Virus record (IMG/VR): IMGVR_UViG_3300011429_000010
Strand: one strand, 5' to 3'
Length of the DNA: 64,000 nt
Source: an uncultured virus (IMG/VR IMGVR_UViG_3300011429_000010)
Lineage: Duplodnaviria; Heunggongvirae; Uroviricota; Caudoviricetes
Part shown: positions 55,695 to 64,000 of the stretch, piece by piece
How positions within the stretch are numbered: position 1 is the stretch's first letter
Layout of the letters: each line of letters begins with the position of its first letter
The notes under the pieces: model-generated
The model's database searches: none
The model's input: the letters and a program-made list of their open reading frames with translations, nothing else
What the model was told of the DNA's origin: nothing
Translations under genes and position numbers: made by a program

Positions 55695-55968
55695 TTTCGC
55701 CATGTTGGTGTGCTTGTGGCTGTTCATTATTGAATCTTGGATTCTGGCGACCGGACTCGGCCTGATGACGAGCTATTACCGCGCTGGCCGACTGGACGAA
55801 TTCTGGCAACTGAACGAGATGCCGATCCCGGCGCTGCGCTGGATCGATGCCTACGTTGAAAATTTTCAAATTTTCGTATTCGTGTGGCTCGGTCTGTGTT
55901 ATGTGTTCGGTGTGTTCAAGCGGCTGGAGCAACAGGACCATGGCGAAATCGATCATCCGCGGCGTTGA
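55675..55968 (+). CDS. Two-TM membrane protein
   Basis: Two hydrophobic helices; RBS GGAG. Confidence 0.5.
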   Translation: MKRRLDDFAMLVCLWLFIIESWILATGLGLMTSYYRAGRLDEFWQLNEMPIPALRWIDAYVENFQIFVFVWLGLCYVFGVFKRLEQQDHGEIDHPRR

Positions 55969-56133
55969 TCAACGCGTGCCCGCGCGGCCGGCGTCGATGC
56001 TGGCGCGACCGGGCGATCATCGGCCGACCAATGAGCCGATGCGCAAAATCACCCCCACGTGACGGCAGCGGGCCGTGCGCGTGCCGCACAGAGGATCGAG
56101 GCGATAACCCTCGCGGGCAGCCCTTGAGGTATT

Positions 56134-56511
56134 ATGGATAGAGAGCTTATCGACCACCACGACGGCCACGGATTAACAGAGTCCATCAAAATTCTCGCTG
56201 ACGAGCCGGGGCCGGGCGGCGCCTCCCATCGCTATTTGATCCAGGTCGAGGCGCCGGACGGCCAGAAATTCGCGGTCGGCGAGATTCAATTTCAAAAGGG
56301 CCCGCGGAATGTGGAAGGGTCCACGCCGGGTGTGGTCGAATCGGCGTTGCTGGCGATTGTGGTGGATCGCATGCGCAGCTTTAACAGCGGCGAGCTGCGC
56401 AACCGGCAGAATGCGCTCGTGCAGACCAAGTGTGAAGAGGCCATCCATTGGTTGCGCGACCGCGCCGACGAGCGTGCGCGGCGGGGCGTGCTGGGGACCA
56501 TGAACAAATGA
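56134..56511 (+). CDS. tad1: Thoeris anti-defence 1 (Tad1)-family signal sponge
   Basis: GPGGASHRY, IQFQKG, GV...LL.IV.DR..SF..G, R.NA...EEA..W, RGVLGT..K match Tad1 as I recall it; 125 aa. Confidence 0.85.
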   Translation: MDRELIDHHDGHGLTESIKILADEPGPGGASHRYLIQVEAPDGQKFAVGEIQFQKGPRNVEGSTPGVVESALLAIVVDRMRSFNSGELRNRQNALVQTKCEEAIHWLRDRADERARRGVLGTMNK

Positions 56512-56867
56512 ACCGACGTGTTTTCAGTCAGACGCTCGCGGCCGTGCTGACCGCCCTTGCGTGGCCGTGGTCGGCCTCGGCCGCGCGGCCCGTCCCCGTC
56601 ATCACCGGTGTCGCCCCCGGTATCGACTGGACGGCGTGGAATCAGATCGCGCGCCGTGTTGATGCACACGGCGTGTCCACGTGGTTCATCAACGGGATGC
56701 AGGTAGACGGCCCGCACAATATCCCATGGCAGGCGCTGGCATGGTTGAAAGATCCCACGCCGGGGACGTGGACACAATTCAACATGAAAATTCGTCGTAT
56801 GCCGGGGAGTGTTTGTACCGACCACACCGATTACGTCAACATTGACGACGCCGTGGTGTGGGACTGA
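56508..56867 (+). CDS. Protein with twin-arginine (Tat)-like signal peptide
   Basis: MNRRVFSQTLAAVLTALAWPWSASA; LamG-like fragments (WFING, IDDAVVW). Confidence 0.55.
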   Translation: MNRRVFSQTLAAVLTALAWPWSASAARPVPVITGVAPGIDWTAWNQIARRVDAHGVSTWFINGMQVDGPHNIPWQALAWLKDPTPGTWTQFNMKIRRMPGSVCTDHTDYVNIDDAVVWD

Positions 56868-57121
56868 TGCACCACCACGGCATTCCCATTCTCGATTTAG
56901 AGGTTGTCCAGGTCATGGCCCATGTCGTTCGTTCCATCACCATCGACGCGAAAGAAATCCTCGACGTCACCTGGGAGGAACGCAACGCCGCCGGACAGGT
57001 GATCGAACGCTATGTGACACGCATCACTCGGCCGCCCGTGGACGTCCGCAAGGCACGCACCGGCACGGACATGGCGCCGGTCGATCATGACCCAGGATCG
57101 ATCCGTGCCGTCACCGGGTAA
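56867..57121 (+). CDS. Hypothetical protein
   Basis: TGATG coupling. Confidence 0.4.
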   Translation: MHHHGIPILDLEVVQVMAHVVRSITIDAKEILDVTWEERNAAGQVIERYVTRITRPPVDVRKARTGTDMAPVDHDPGSIRAVTG

Positions 57122-57296
57122 GGCCCGTCGAGGATTCGCTGCCATGACCAAGGCTCAGCATCGCGCCATTGCCCGCAAAGGGGGGTTGGTGCGGGCCGAT
57201 CGCCACACCGGCCATGAATGGCGGGCAGAGGATGGATCCGCCGCGCGGGCAGGCCGCAAGGGCGGATTAGCGTGTGCCGAAAAGAAAGGAAAATGA
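57087..57296 (+). CDS. KGG-repeat general-stress-like protein
   Basis: RGFAAM...RAIARKGG...HEW...AARAGRKGG. Confidence 0.75.
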   Translation: MTQDRSVPSPGKARRGFAAMTKAQHRAIARKGGLVRADRHTGHEWRAEDGSAARAGRKGGLACAEKKGK

Positions 57297-57505
57297 TCAT
57301 GCCTCCGTTTCAACTTGTGCGCTCCACCGCGCAACGCAAAAAGTTATTCGCGCTCGCCGACCGTGGGGAAATCAGCAAGGACGAGGCTGAAGGTAAGGCG
57401 CGCGCCGCCAAGGGGCGTGATCTGCCGGAGTATGTCAAGGCTGCGCCGAAACCCAAACGCGTGAAATCACGCGGCGCGTTTGGCCGTCCGCTGACTGGGC
57501 GTTGA
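57293..57505 (+). CDS. Small basic protein
   Basis: RSTAQRKKLFALADRGEIS...LPEYV. Confidence 0.55.
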   Translation: MIMPPFQLVRSTAQRKKLFALADRGEISKDEAEGKARAAKGRDLPEYVKAAPKPKRVKSRGAFGRPLTGR

Positions 57506-57682
57506 TCATGGGCATGGGATTCAAACAAGGTGGGCACGTCGGCCTTGGGCCACCCCCGCCCAAACATAATCGCAATATCGAAAAGGCGCGCGGGCCGTTG
57601 GTGCGCGCGGAACACAAGGCCATGCCCAAGATCACCGGTGCGCTGAGGAACAAAGGCCGCTCACGTCGCGTGGGGCGGTAAC

Positions 57683-58057
57683 ATGCCATGGACGTCACAA
57701 GCCCAATTGGATCGGATCGAGGCCAAACTGGACCAGTTACTGGCGAGCCTCGCCGCGGCCGGGGTCGCCCTCGTGGCTCCAAAAATCATGCCCCGCACGC
57801 GCGGCCCCCTGTCCCAGATGGTCCCGGCGCGCAAGCGCACGGCGGCGGACGTCCAGATCATGAATCGGGAGGCGCGGCTGGAACGACAACAGCGCGACCG
57901 GGAACAACAGGCCAGCCCGCGTGGCGCAAGTACTGGCCCCTCGACCCCTACAAACCCATCCCCGACGAGTCCGATCCCTTCGCCGATCTCCGGCCCCTCT
58001 ATTACACCCCGCCCAGAGACCAGCGACACATCCGCCGGACCCGAGACACCATCCTAA
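57683..58057 (+). CDS. Overlapping ORF with coiled-coil N-terminus
   Basis: QLDRIEAKLDQLLASL; overlaps the N-terminal third of 57688-58860 in another frame. Confidence 0.4.
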   Translation: MPWTSQAQLDRIEAKLDQLLASLAAAGVALVAPKIMPRTRGPLSQMVPARKRTAADVQIMNREARLERQQRDREQQASPRGASTGPSTPTNPSPTSPIPSPISGPSITPRPETSDTSAGPETPS

Positions 58058-58860
58058 CGCGGAGTGATATTACCCACACGATTTCTCCGACCGGGGCGGT
58101 GGATCAGGTCACACGGGCGGCGCTGGACAACGCCCCCGAAGACGTCCGCCTCGCCGCTGCCGAACTGGTCGCCCAACAAAAAATCCTCAAGGACCGTGCG
58201 AAGGCGCTGGGCATCCCATCCACGGAATTCGCCCACACATTAGGATTTATTACCCGCAAGATGGAAGGCGGGCGCGAGCGGTTCATTCAATTCGTGGCGC
58301 TCGGCGCGTCCATCGGCGATGAGGACTGCCGGCGGTTCCTGCACGCGTACGAGGAATTACCCAAGTGGCAACAGAAAAGCCGCATTGGGCTGGATTTGCT
58401 GGCGCTGTCGATTGGGATCCAGCCCGTGACGATTCTCAGGGCTGTCGTCGGCGTGGCGTTTGAGGCCCAGGTGGACGCCGCCCGCATGATCGCGCTGGCC
58501 TCGCAGCCCGACGTCATGTCGGCGGCGGTGGAATCGGCCAAGCGGCTGGATTCGCAGATTGGTTTGCGGGATCGGCATGCGTTGCTGCAGTCAGCGGGCG
58601 TGCTACCGACACCCAAGGGATCCACGATCAATATTGGCGTCACCGCCAACGCCCAAGCCCAGTCCACGGCCGCTGCCGCTGCCGCCTCCAGCTCGCCGAA
58701 TATTCCCTCGTTCGTGGCGGATATGGATGTGGTGTCCGGCGTGCGCGAGACGGTCCAGCGGCAGTTGCTCACCGAAGGTGTGGCGCCGGAGCCCTTAATC
58801 TTTACCGATCAGGAGCGCGAACACGCGCCGATCGACGTGAACCCGTCAGCTGTGGAGTAA
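57688..58860 (+). CDS. Terminase small subunit candidate
   Basis: RRGRGRPRGSKN motif, helical core, PTPKGSTINI tail; just upstream of TerL. Confidence 0.55.
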   Translation: MDVTSPIGSDRGQTGPVTGEPRRGRGRPRGSKNHAPHARPPVPDGPGAQAHGGGRPDHESGGAAGTTTARPGTTGQPAWRKYWPLDPYKPIPDESDPFADLRPLYYTPPRDQRHIRRTRDTILTRSDITHTISPTGAVDQVTRAALDNAPEDVRLAAAELVAQQKILKDRAKALGIPSTEFAHTLGFITRKMEGGRERFIQFVALGASIGDEDCRRFLHAYEELPKWQQKSRIGLDLLALSIGIQPVTILRAVVGVAFEAQVDAARMIALASQPDVMSAAVESAKRLDSQIGLRDRHALLQSAGVLPTPKGSTINIGVTANAQAQSTAAAAAASSSPNIPSFVADMDVVSGVRETVQRQLLTEGVAPEPLIFTDQEREHAPIDVNPSAVE

Positions 58861-58863
58861 CAC

Positions 58864-59151
58864 ATGAATGACAAAATCGCCCGGATAGTCGGCAAGGTCG
58901 TCACCACGTTGATTCTGACCGGCGCCCGCACGGCGACCGCGTACGTCAGCCCGACGCATACCGTCCGTGCGTGCCAACGGCGTATCCGTGGACGCGTCCC
59001 GCGGCATCCCCGGCGGTTTGATGTGAACCTGACGATCGGGACGCCGAATTACCGATCGCGGCAATTCATCAAAAAGGCACAGCGCGCGGGCGAACCATTT
59101 CCCATCAAGCGTGTCCAACTCACGTACGTTCACGTTCACGCTCGTGCGTAG
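58864..59151 (+). CDS. Basic hypothetical protein
   Basis: 95 aa, RBS GGAG. Confidence 0.5.
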   Translation: MNDKIARIVGKVVTTLILTGARTATAYVSPTHTVRACQRRIRGRVPRHPRRFDVNLTIGTPNYRSRQFIKKAQRAGEPFPIKRVQLTYVHVHARA

Positions 59152-59154
59152 CCC

Positions 59155-61416
59155 ATGTATGACCACCGTGTGACGTCCCTCGCGATTGAGGCGGCCAGCG
59201 CCAAACAAGGTTGGGCGCTGGTGTACCACACGCCCGCCCAGATTGACGAAGCCATTCATCATTTCGCGCCGCTGTGGAACGCGGAGCGCCAGGATTTCAT
59301 CCGCCCGCTGGTCGCCGCCGAACAGCGGTTCATTCAAAATGAACGCACGCTGTGCGCGCTCGATTACCGTTATTGGCTGCAGTACGTCCATATCATCGGG
59401 TGGGACAAAAAGGACGTCATTTTCATCCCCAACATTGCCCAGGAAATCATCCTCGAAATCTGGGGCGAGGCCGAAGCCAAAGGGCTCGCCATCATCTGCA
59501 TGCTGCTCAAGGCGCGGCAGCTCGGGATGACGACCGAAGTGGAATTAGCGGTCCTTCACCGGTTCCAATTCTACCCGCGCACGTACGCGGTGGTCGCCAG
59601 CGCCGACCCAGACAAAACCGTCGAAATGGCGAAGATGATTCATTACGCCATTCAGCGCCAGCCGTGGTGGCTACTGCCCAAGGCCACAAAAATCTCCCGC
59701 GGCATGCCGGTCGAATTCGGCGAGATTAATTCCACGCTCGCCGCCCAGTGGGGTAACCAGTATCACGGCGTGGCGCGCGGGCGCACCCCCAACGTGTTCC
59801 ACTTGACCGAAGTCAGCTCGTGGAACAACGCCGAGGACGATATCGACGCCGCATTATTCAAGGCCATGCACGCCACGCCGGACGTCTTCGGCTGTCTCGA
59901 ATCGACCGCCATGGGCCGCAACAACTGGTGGCATGACGAGTGGCAGCTGATGATCGCGGAGTATCCAGCCGGTCGATCACTCATTCGCCCGATTTTTCTG
60001 CCCTGGTTCGTTGGCCTTGATATTTACCCGACGCCGGCTGACTTGCGCGCACGGCCCGTCCCCGGCGACTGGATTCCGCTCGATCGCACGATTCGCCACG
60101 CGGAGCGCGCCCGGCAGGCGGTCCTGTCCAACCCGCTCTGGATGAAACACGTGGCCAAGGGCCAGTCCAACTGGCAGATGCCCCGCGAGCAAATGTGGTA
60201 TTACGAGATCGAACGTGAATTAGCCGTCAAGAAAAAGGCCGTGAATAAGTTCTTGGGTGAAATGCCGGCCGATGATCAGGAAGCGTTCCAGAACACGTTG
60301 ATCTCGGTGGTGGACCAGGACGTCATTTTGGATCTGCGTGAGCGGGCGCTGGCCAATCACCCGCTGGGCGTGTACACAGTGGTCGGATCCACCATTCACC
60401 AGACATTGGTGGTCCCGCGATCACATTGGGATCTCTCGCAGCCGATTATTCCCATCCGTCCGGCGGATATCTCGCGCACGATCAACGAAACCTATCAATT
60501 CGTCCCGGTGGAATTCCAAGGCTACACCGCCTATGATCCCACATGGAAATTGTTCATCTGGGAATGGCCGAAGCCGGGGGAGACCTACGGCGTGGGCTTG
60601 GACACCAGCGATGGGATCGGGCAGGACTGGTGTGTCATCGAAGTTTTCCGCAAGGGCGACAGCCAGCGCGCGCACGCGCAGGTCGCTGAATTCGCCTCGC
60701 CGTACATCAAGGCCAACCAGATTTGGGAACAGCTTTTAGCCATCGCCACGTTCTACAGCGTGTACAACTTCCGCGCCAAAAAGCGTACCCAATGCCGCGT
60801 GTGCATCGAATGCAAGGGCAATGGCGAAAAAGCGCAGGACGAGCTGAAAAAACGCGGCTGGGTCAATTTCCACCCGTGGAAACGTCTCGACAACCGCAAG
60901 CGCCTGACCAACGATCAAGTCCACAAGGAAGGGATTTTCACTAATGTCTGGTACCGCGCGCGTCTTATGGACACGCTCCTTACGGCGGTGGACGAGGATT
61001 CGGTGGATATCAATTCCCCGTGGCTGGTGGGGGAATTGGAGACCTTGGAACGAGATCCCGAATTGGCGTCGGCCCGTGCCGCCTACGGTTGCCACGATGA
61101 CCGCGTTATGTCCTTTGGCTTCCCGCTCGAATCCCTCACCGTGGATGACCGGCCCGGCATGGTCAGCAACACCGGCAGCAAGTTTCGCCGCAATGTGCCG
61201 CAGTACCTGCCAGACGCCGTGGGACAGTCCACGAACAACCACGTTGAAATTTACGCCAGTTACCCGGTCCCGCTCCAGGCTCGCAGCGACGTCACCCACC
61301 GATCTGGGATTCCACTGGAGCGAAGGCCCACGATTCTTGGTCAGGTCGGACGGTCAGGCGGACGGTACCGATTAGGGTCGTATAAAAATCCCCAATTAGC
61401 TAAGGTGCTCCGGTAA
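59155..61416 (+). CDS. terL: Terminase large subunit
   Basis: LKARQLGMTT (Walker A), HLTEV (Walker B), ESTA coupling motif, GLDTSDGIGQD and HDDRVMS nuclease motifs. Confidence 0.92.
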   Translation: MYDHRVTSLAIEAASAKQGWALVYHTPAQIDEAIHHFAPLWNAERQDFIRPLVAAEQRFIQNERTLCALDYRYWLQYVHIIGWDKKDVIFIPNIAQEIILEIWGEAEAKGLAIICMLLKARQLGMTTEVELAVLHRFQFYPRTYAVVASADPDKTVEMAKMIHYAIQRQPWWLLPKATKISRGMPVEFGEINSTLAAQWGNQYHGVARGRTPNVFHLTEVSSWNNAEDDIDAALFKAMHATPDVFGCLESTAMGRNNWWHDEWQLMIAEYPAGRSLIRPIFLPWFVGLDIYPTPADLRARPVPGDWIPLDRTIRHAERARQAVLSNPLWMKHVAKGQSNWQMPREQMWYYEIERELAVKKKAVNKFLGEMPADDQEAFQNTLISVVDQDVILDLRERALANHPLGVYTVVGSTIHQTLVVPRSHWDLSQPIIPIRPADISRTINETYQFVPVEFQGYTAYDPTWKLFIWEWPKPGETYGVGLDTSDGIGQDWCVIEVFRKGDSQRAHAQVAEFASPYIKANQIWEQLLAIATFYSVYNFRAKKRTQCRVCIECKGNGEKAQDELKKRGWVNFHPWKRLDNRKRLTNDQVHKEGIFTNVWYRARLMDTLLTAVDEDSVDINSPWLVGELETLERDPELASARAAYGCHDDRVMSFGFPLESLTVDDRPGMVSNTGSKFRRNVPQYLPDAVGQSTNNHVEIYASYPVPLQARSDVTHRSGIPLERRPTILGQVGRSGGRYRLGSYKNPQLAKVLR

Positions 61417-61991
61417 TGCCCTTGTACGATCTCGCGTGCCAGTCCTGTGGTCGGCAATTCGAACATTTTATTCCACTGACGCTGTACCCCACGACACCGC
61501 CGTGTCCCACGTGTGGAGAACCCACGATCCGCGAATTACTCCCACCCGTCAACCGCCGCGCCACCCCTGACGCCGTGGTGGTCTATCGCGCGCCAGACGG
61601 CTCATTCCGCTTCCCCGGTGACACCGGCGGGATCTCGGCCGGCAAGTACGAGCGCATGGGCTACGAACGGATTGAAGCGCGAGGCCACGCGGAAGTCCGG
61701 CGCCTCGAAAAGCGCCTGAACACCCACGAAACCAGTCAAATGGCCCGCTTAGCTGAGCATCAGGCCGCGCGCCGCGAGCACGGAGAGACCTTGCGCCGCA
61801 GCGAACTTCGCGCTAGGATGCAGTCCATGTCGCGCGAGGGACGTGATCTCGCGCGGGCCGTGATCAACCGGAACAACGCCAAACCCGTGCGCGTCGTGCG
61901 GAATCCCGGCCTGCACGTTGACGTCTATTCGAACGACCGCGGCAACCGGGATGAGTCACGCGACCGTCGCGGCAAACGCTTCAGGGATTAG
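61416..61991 (+). CDS. FmdB-like zinc-ribbon protein
   Basis: MPLYDLACQSCG..FE...CPTCG. Confidence 0.75.
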   Translation: MPLYDLACQSCGRQFEHFIPLTLYPTTPPCPTCGEPTIRELLPPVNRRATPDAVVVYRAPDGSFRFPGDTGGISAGKYERMGYERIEARGHAEVRRLEKRLNTHETSQMARLAEHQAARREHGETLRRSELRARMQSMSREGRDLARAVINRNNAKPVRVVRNPGLHVDVYSNDRGNRDESRDRRGKRFRD

Positions 61992-62019
61992 GGCTCGCGC
62001 CCAGCCCTACAGGTGATCC

Positions 62020-62442
62020 ATGACCATTCGTGTCGAGCACCACCACTATTTCCATGTCGATTCTGACGATAGCGTGCGCCAGAAACTCGATTCCATCATC
62101 ACGCTGTTAGCTGGTCTGAAACACCAGGAGGAAGCCGAAATGACCCGACTCGATGATCTCAAAGTCAAGCTCCAGACCCTCAGCGACGACGTGGCGGCCG
62201 AAACCAACATCGTGGAAGCCGCCAAGATTGCGATCGACGGGCTGATCGCGTCCAACGAGGAACTTCGTCAGCAGCTCGAAAACCAGGGCGTGCCCCAGGA
62301 AGTCCTCGATCTCGTGGACGCGACCATCGCCGCCCAGAAGGCCCAGCGCGAGCGGCTGGCCGCGGCCATCCCGGCTGGCACGCCGGCTGTTCCGGCGCCG
62401 CCCGCGGAAGGCACCGGGTTGTCCACCGACGCCAAGTCGTAA
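62020..62442 (+). CDS. Coiled-coil protein
   Basis: 140 aa heptads; second RBS AGGAGG before internal ATG 62140. Confidence 0.55.
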   Translation: MTIRVEHHHYFHVDSDDSVRQKLDSIITLLAGLKHQEEAEMTRLDDLKVKLQTLSDDVAAETNIVEAAKIAIDGLIASNEELRQQLENQGVPQEVLDLVDATIAAQKAQRERLAAAIPAGTPAVPAPPAEGTGLSTDAKS

Positions 62443-62469
62443 GCGTTTCTCAGTTGGGAGGACTCGCGC

Positions 62470-64000
62470 ATGTCGCAATATCAAATTCCCCGGTTCGGTT
62501 CCACTAACGACCAGATCGCGGGATACATGCGCGAGGCCACCCAGCAGGGGGAGGCATGGCTGGCGACCCAGCGGCCGTCCAGCGAGTGGATGAGCATTAT
62601 CGAGCGCCTGTCCGCGTCCATTCCCCAAGCCGAGTTATCCGGGCAGTCCAACGCCACCTACAACAAAACCGAACGAGTGGCGCGTGAATTAGTCGCGTCC
62701 CTAGGATCCTTCGCGCACGACGGTGAATTCAAACCCAGTAGCGACAAAAAACTCTACAACCAAGCCGGCGCGCTGACCAAGCTCGATCGCCACTGGAATA
62801 ACCAGGAAGACGTGTATTTGACGCAACGCGCGGGCCTGCAGTACGGCATCGCGCTCGGGACCGGTTATCTGGGCTGCGAGTGGGACAAACATTACCACGG
62901 CATGTACAAAGGCGATATCCGCCTGACGGCCTACGCGCCAGACCGCGTGACCTTTGTCCAATTGCCTTCTGACAACGATATCCAGCGCGCGTACATCGTG
63001 CTGATCAAACACGAACTCCCGATCACCTTCGCCAAGCGCGTCTACGCTCAGACCAATCCCGCCTTCGCGGCGGCGCTGCAGCCTGACCGCTCCGCCCCCG
63101 GCTGGATTTCCAAGGGTCTGCGCAAGGTGCAGGAATTTCTCTCACCCGCGTTGCGCGTCCGCGGCACGCGCCCCGGCGACGTCGCCGAAGCGTCATTCCC
63201 TACGTGTGACATTTTCCACGCGTACATCATGGACGATGCCGTCAACGATATCGGTATTAATCGTCAGATGGGCGCCATGGGGACGAATTGGTCGTACCAA
63301 GTCCCGTCACTGGGCGATCCGATCAACATGGGGATCATGAACCCGGCGACCGGCCAGAATTTCACCCGTCCCGCCGAACCATCTGACTGCGCATTGTTTC
63401 CCTTGCGGCGCCTCGTCATCTTCGCGCGCTCGACCGACATTATCGCCTACGATGGCAGCTCACCGTGGTGGCACGGCATGGTCCCGCTCGCGCGCTTCCG
63501 GTTCAACGACTGGCCCTGGGAAGCCCTCGGCCGCTCCTGCGTAGGCATGATCGGCTCCTTAGACGATTCCATGAATAACATCTTCCGCGGGATGGAAGAT
63601 TCGATCGCGGTGCGGCTGGATCCCCCCGTCCTGTACAACGACCAGATGGTCAGCCAATCATTCGCGGAGGCGTTCAATCCACGTAAGGCGGGCGTGCGCG
63701 CGGCGGCGAACCTGGACGGCGGCAAGGTGCTGGAATTCCCGGTGCCCCCTGGTCAGTACGACGTCGGCTCGTGGATCCCTGAACATCTGCGGTATCTGGA
63801 TGACCGCGCGGAATATTTAACGGGTGTGCGCGATCTCACCGCCATCGCCAAGGCCAAGCAATTACCCTCTGGCGATTCCATCGAAAAGTTATTGGAAATG
63901 GCCGGCCCGCTGACGCAGGACATGGTCCGCGCCATTGTCGGCCCGCTTCGCCAGCTCGGTGAAATGCGCAAAGCCTATTATTTCCAATTCTACACCTACC
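62470..64000 (+). CDS. Portal protein (truncated by window end)
   Basis: Read manually, absent from the ORF track: RBS GGGAGG, ATG 62470, frame open in the segments I translated up to the window end; GTGYLGCEWD, WHGMVPLARF...WPWEALGRS; follows TerL. Confidence 0.8.
   Translation, partial: MSQYQIPRFGSTNDQIAGYMREATQQGEAWLATQRPSSEWMSIIERLSASIPQAELSGQSNATYNKTERVARELVASLGSFAHDGEFKPSSDKKLYNQAGALTKLDRHWNNQEDVYLTQRAGLQYGIALGTGYLGCEWDKHYHGMYKGDIRLTAYAPDRVTFVQLPSDNDIQRAYIVLIKHELPITFAKRVYAQTNPAFAAALQPDRSAPGWISKGLRKVQEFLSPALRVRGTRPGDVAEASFPTCDIFHAYIMDDAVNDIGINRQMGAMGTNWSYQVPSLGDPINMGIMNPATGQNFTRPAEPSDCALFPLRRLVIFARSTDIIAYDGSSPWWHGMVPLARFRFNDWPWEALGRSCVGMIGSLDDSMNNIFRGMEDSIAVRLDPPVLYNDQMVSQSFAEAFNPRKAGVRAAANLDGGKVLEFPVPPGQYDVGSWIPEHLRYLDDRAEYLTGVRDLTAIAKAKQLPSGDSIEKLLEMAGPLTQDMVRAIVGPLRQLGEMRKAYYFQFYTY

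Noticed and set aside
1..64000. Integrase, repressor, reverse transcriptase/DGR, tRNA genes, PurZ-type base-modification genes
   Set aside because: No diagnostic motifs recognised by eye; a few kb of the genome lie outside the window

Overview
The window is almost the whole genome of a GC-rich, probably lytic, podovirus-like tailed phage. It appears circularly permuted: the portal gene runs off the right end, and the scaffold and major capsid genes fall outside the window. Layout: (i) 1-23785, + strand: head-completion, tail and ejection genes; (ii) 23786-44850, - strand: replication, recombination and counter-defence (MT-A70 methylase, HAD phosphatase, a split UDG-PolA polymerase interrupted by an HNH element, NADAR, SLOG, AAA+, PIF1-like helicase, SSB/Sak4/Cas4-like module, two cold-shock domains); (iii) a divergent RepA-like helicase gene followed by an iteron-like origin (45198-46492); (iv) small early genes on the - strand (46491-52922); (v) a non-coding control or terminus region (about 52920-53530); (vi) + strand genes including a Tad1 sponge, terminases and portal. 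Most notable: several morphogenesis-region proteins with Sec or Tat export signals; an unnamed domain shared by a giant tail-adaptor fusion and a lysin candidate; a two-gene PolA with His at position 762 whose N-half tail was duplicated and recoded by an HNH element; a candidate pseudoknotted ncRNA; a candidate -1 frameshift; and three recurring regulatory motifs. No integrase, tRNA, CRISPR array or reverse transcriptase was seen. An Acidobacteriota (Vicinamibacteria-like) host is only my inference from protein style. All family assignments are by eye from motifs; no searches were run.
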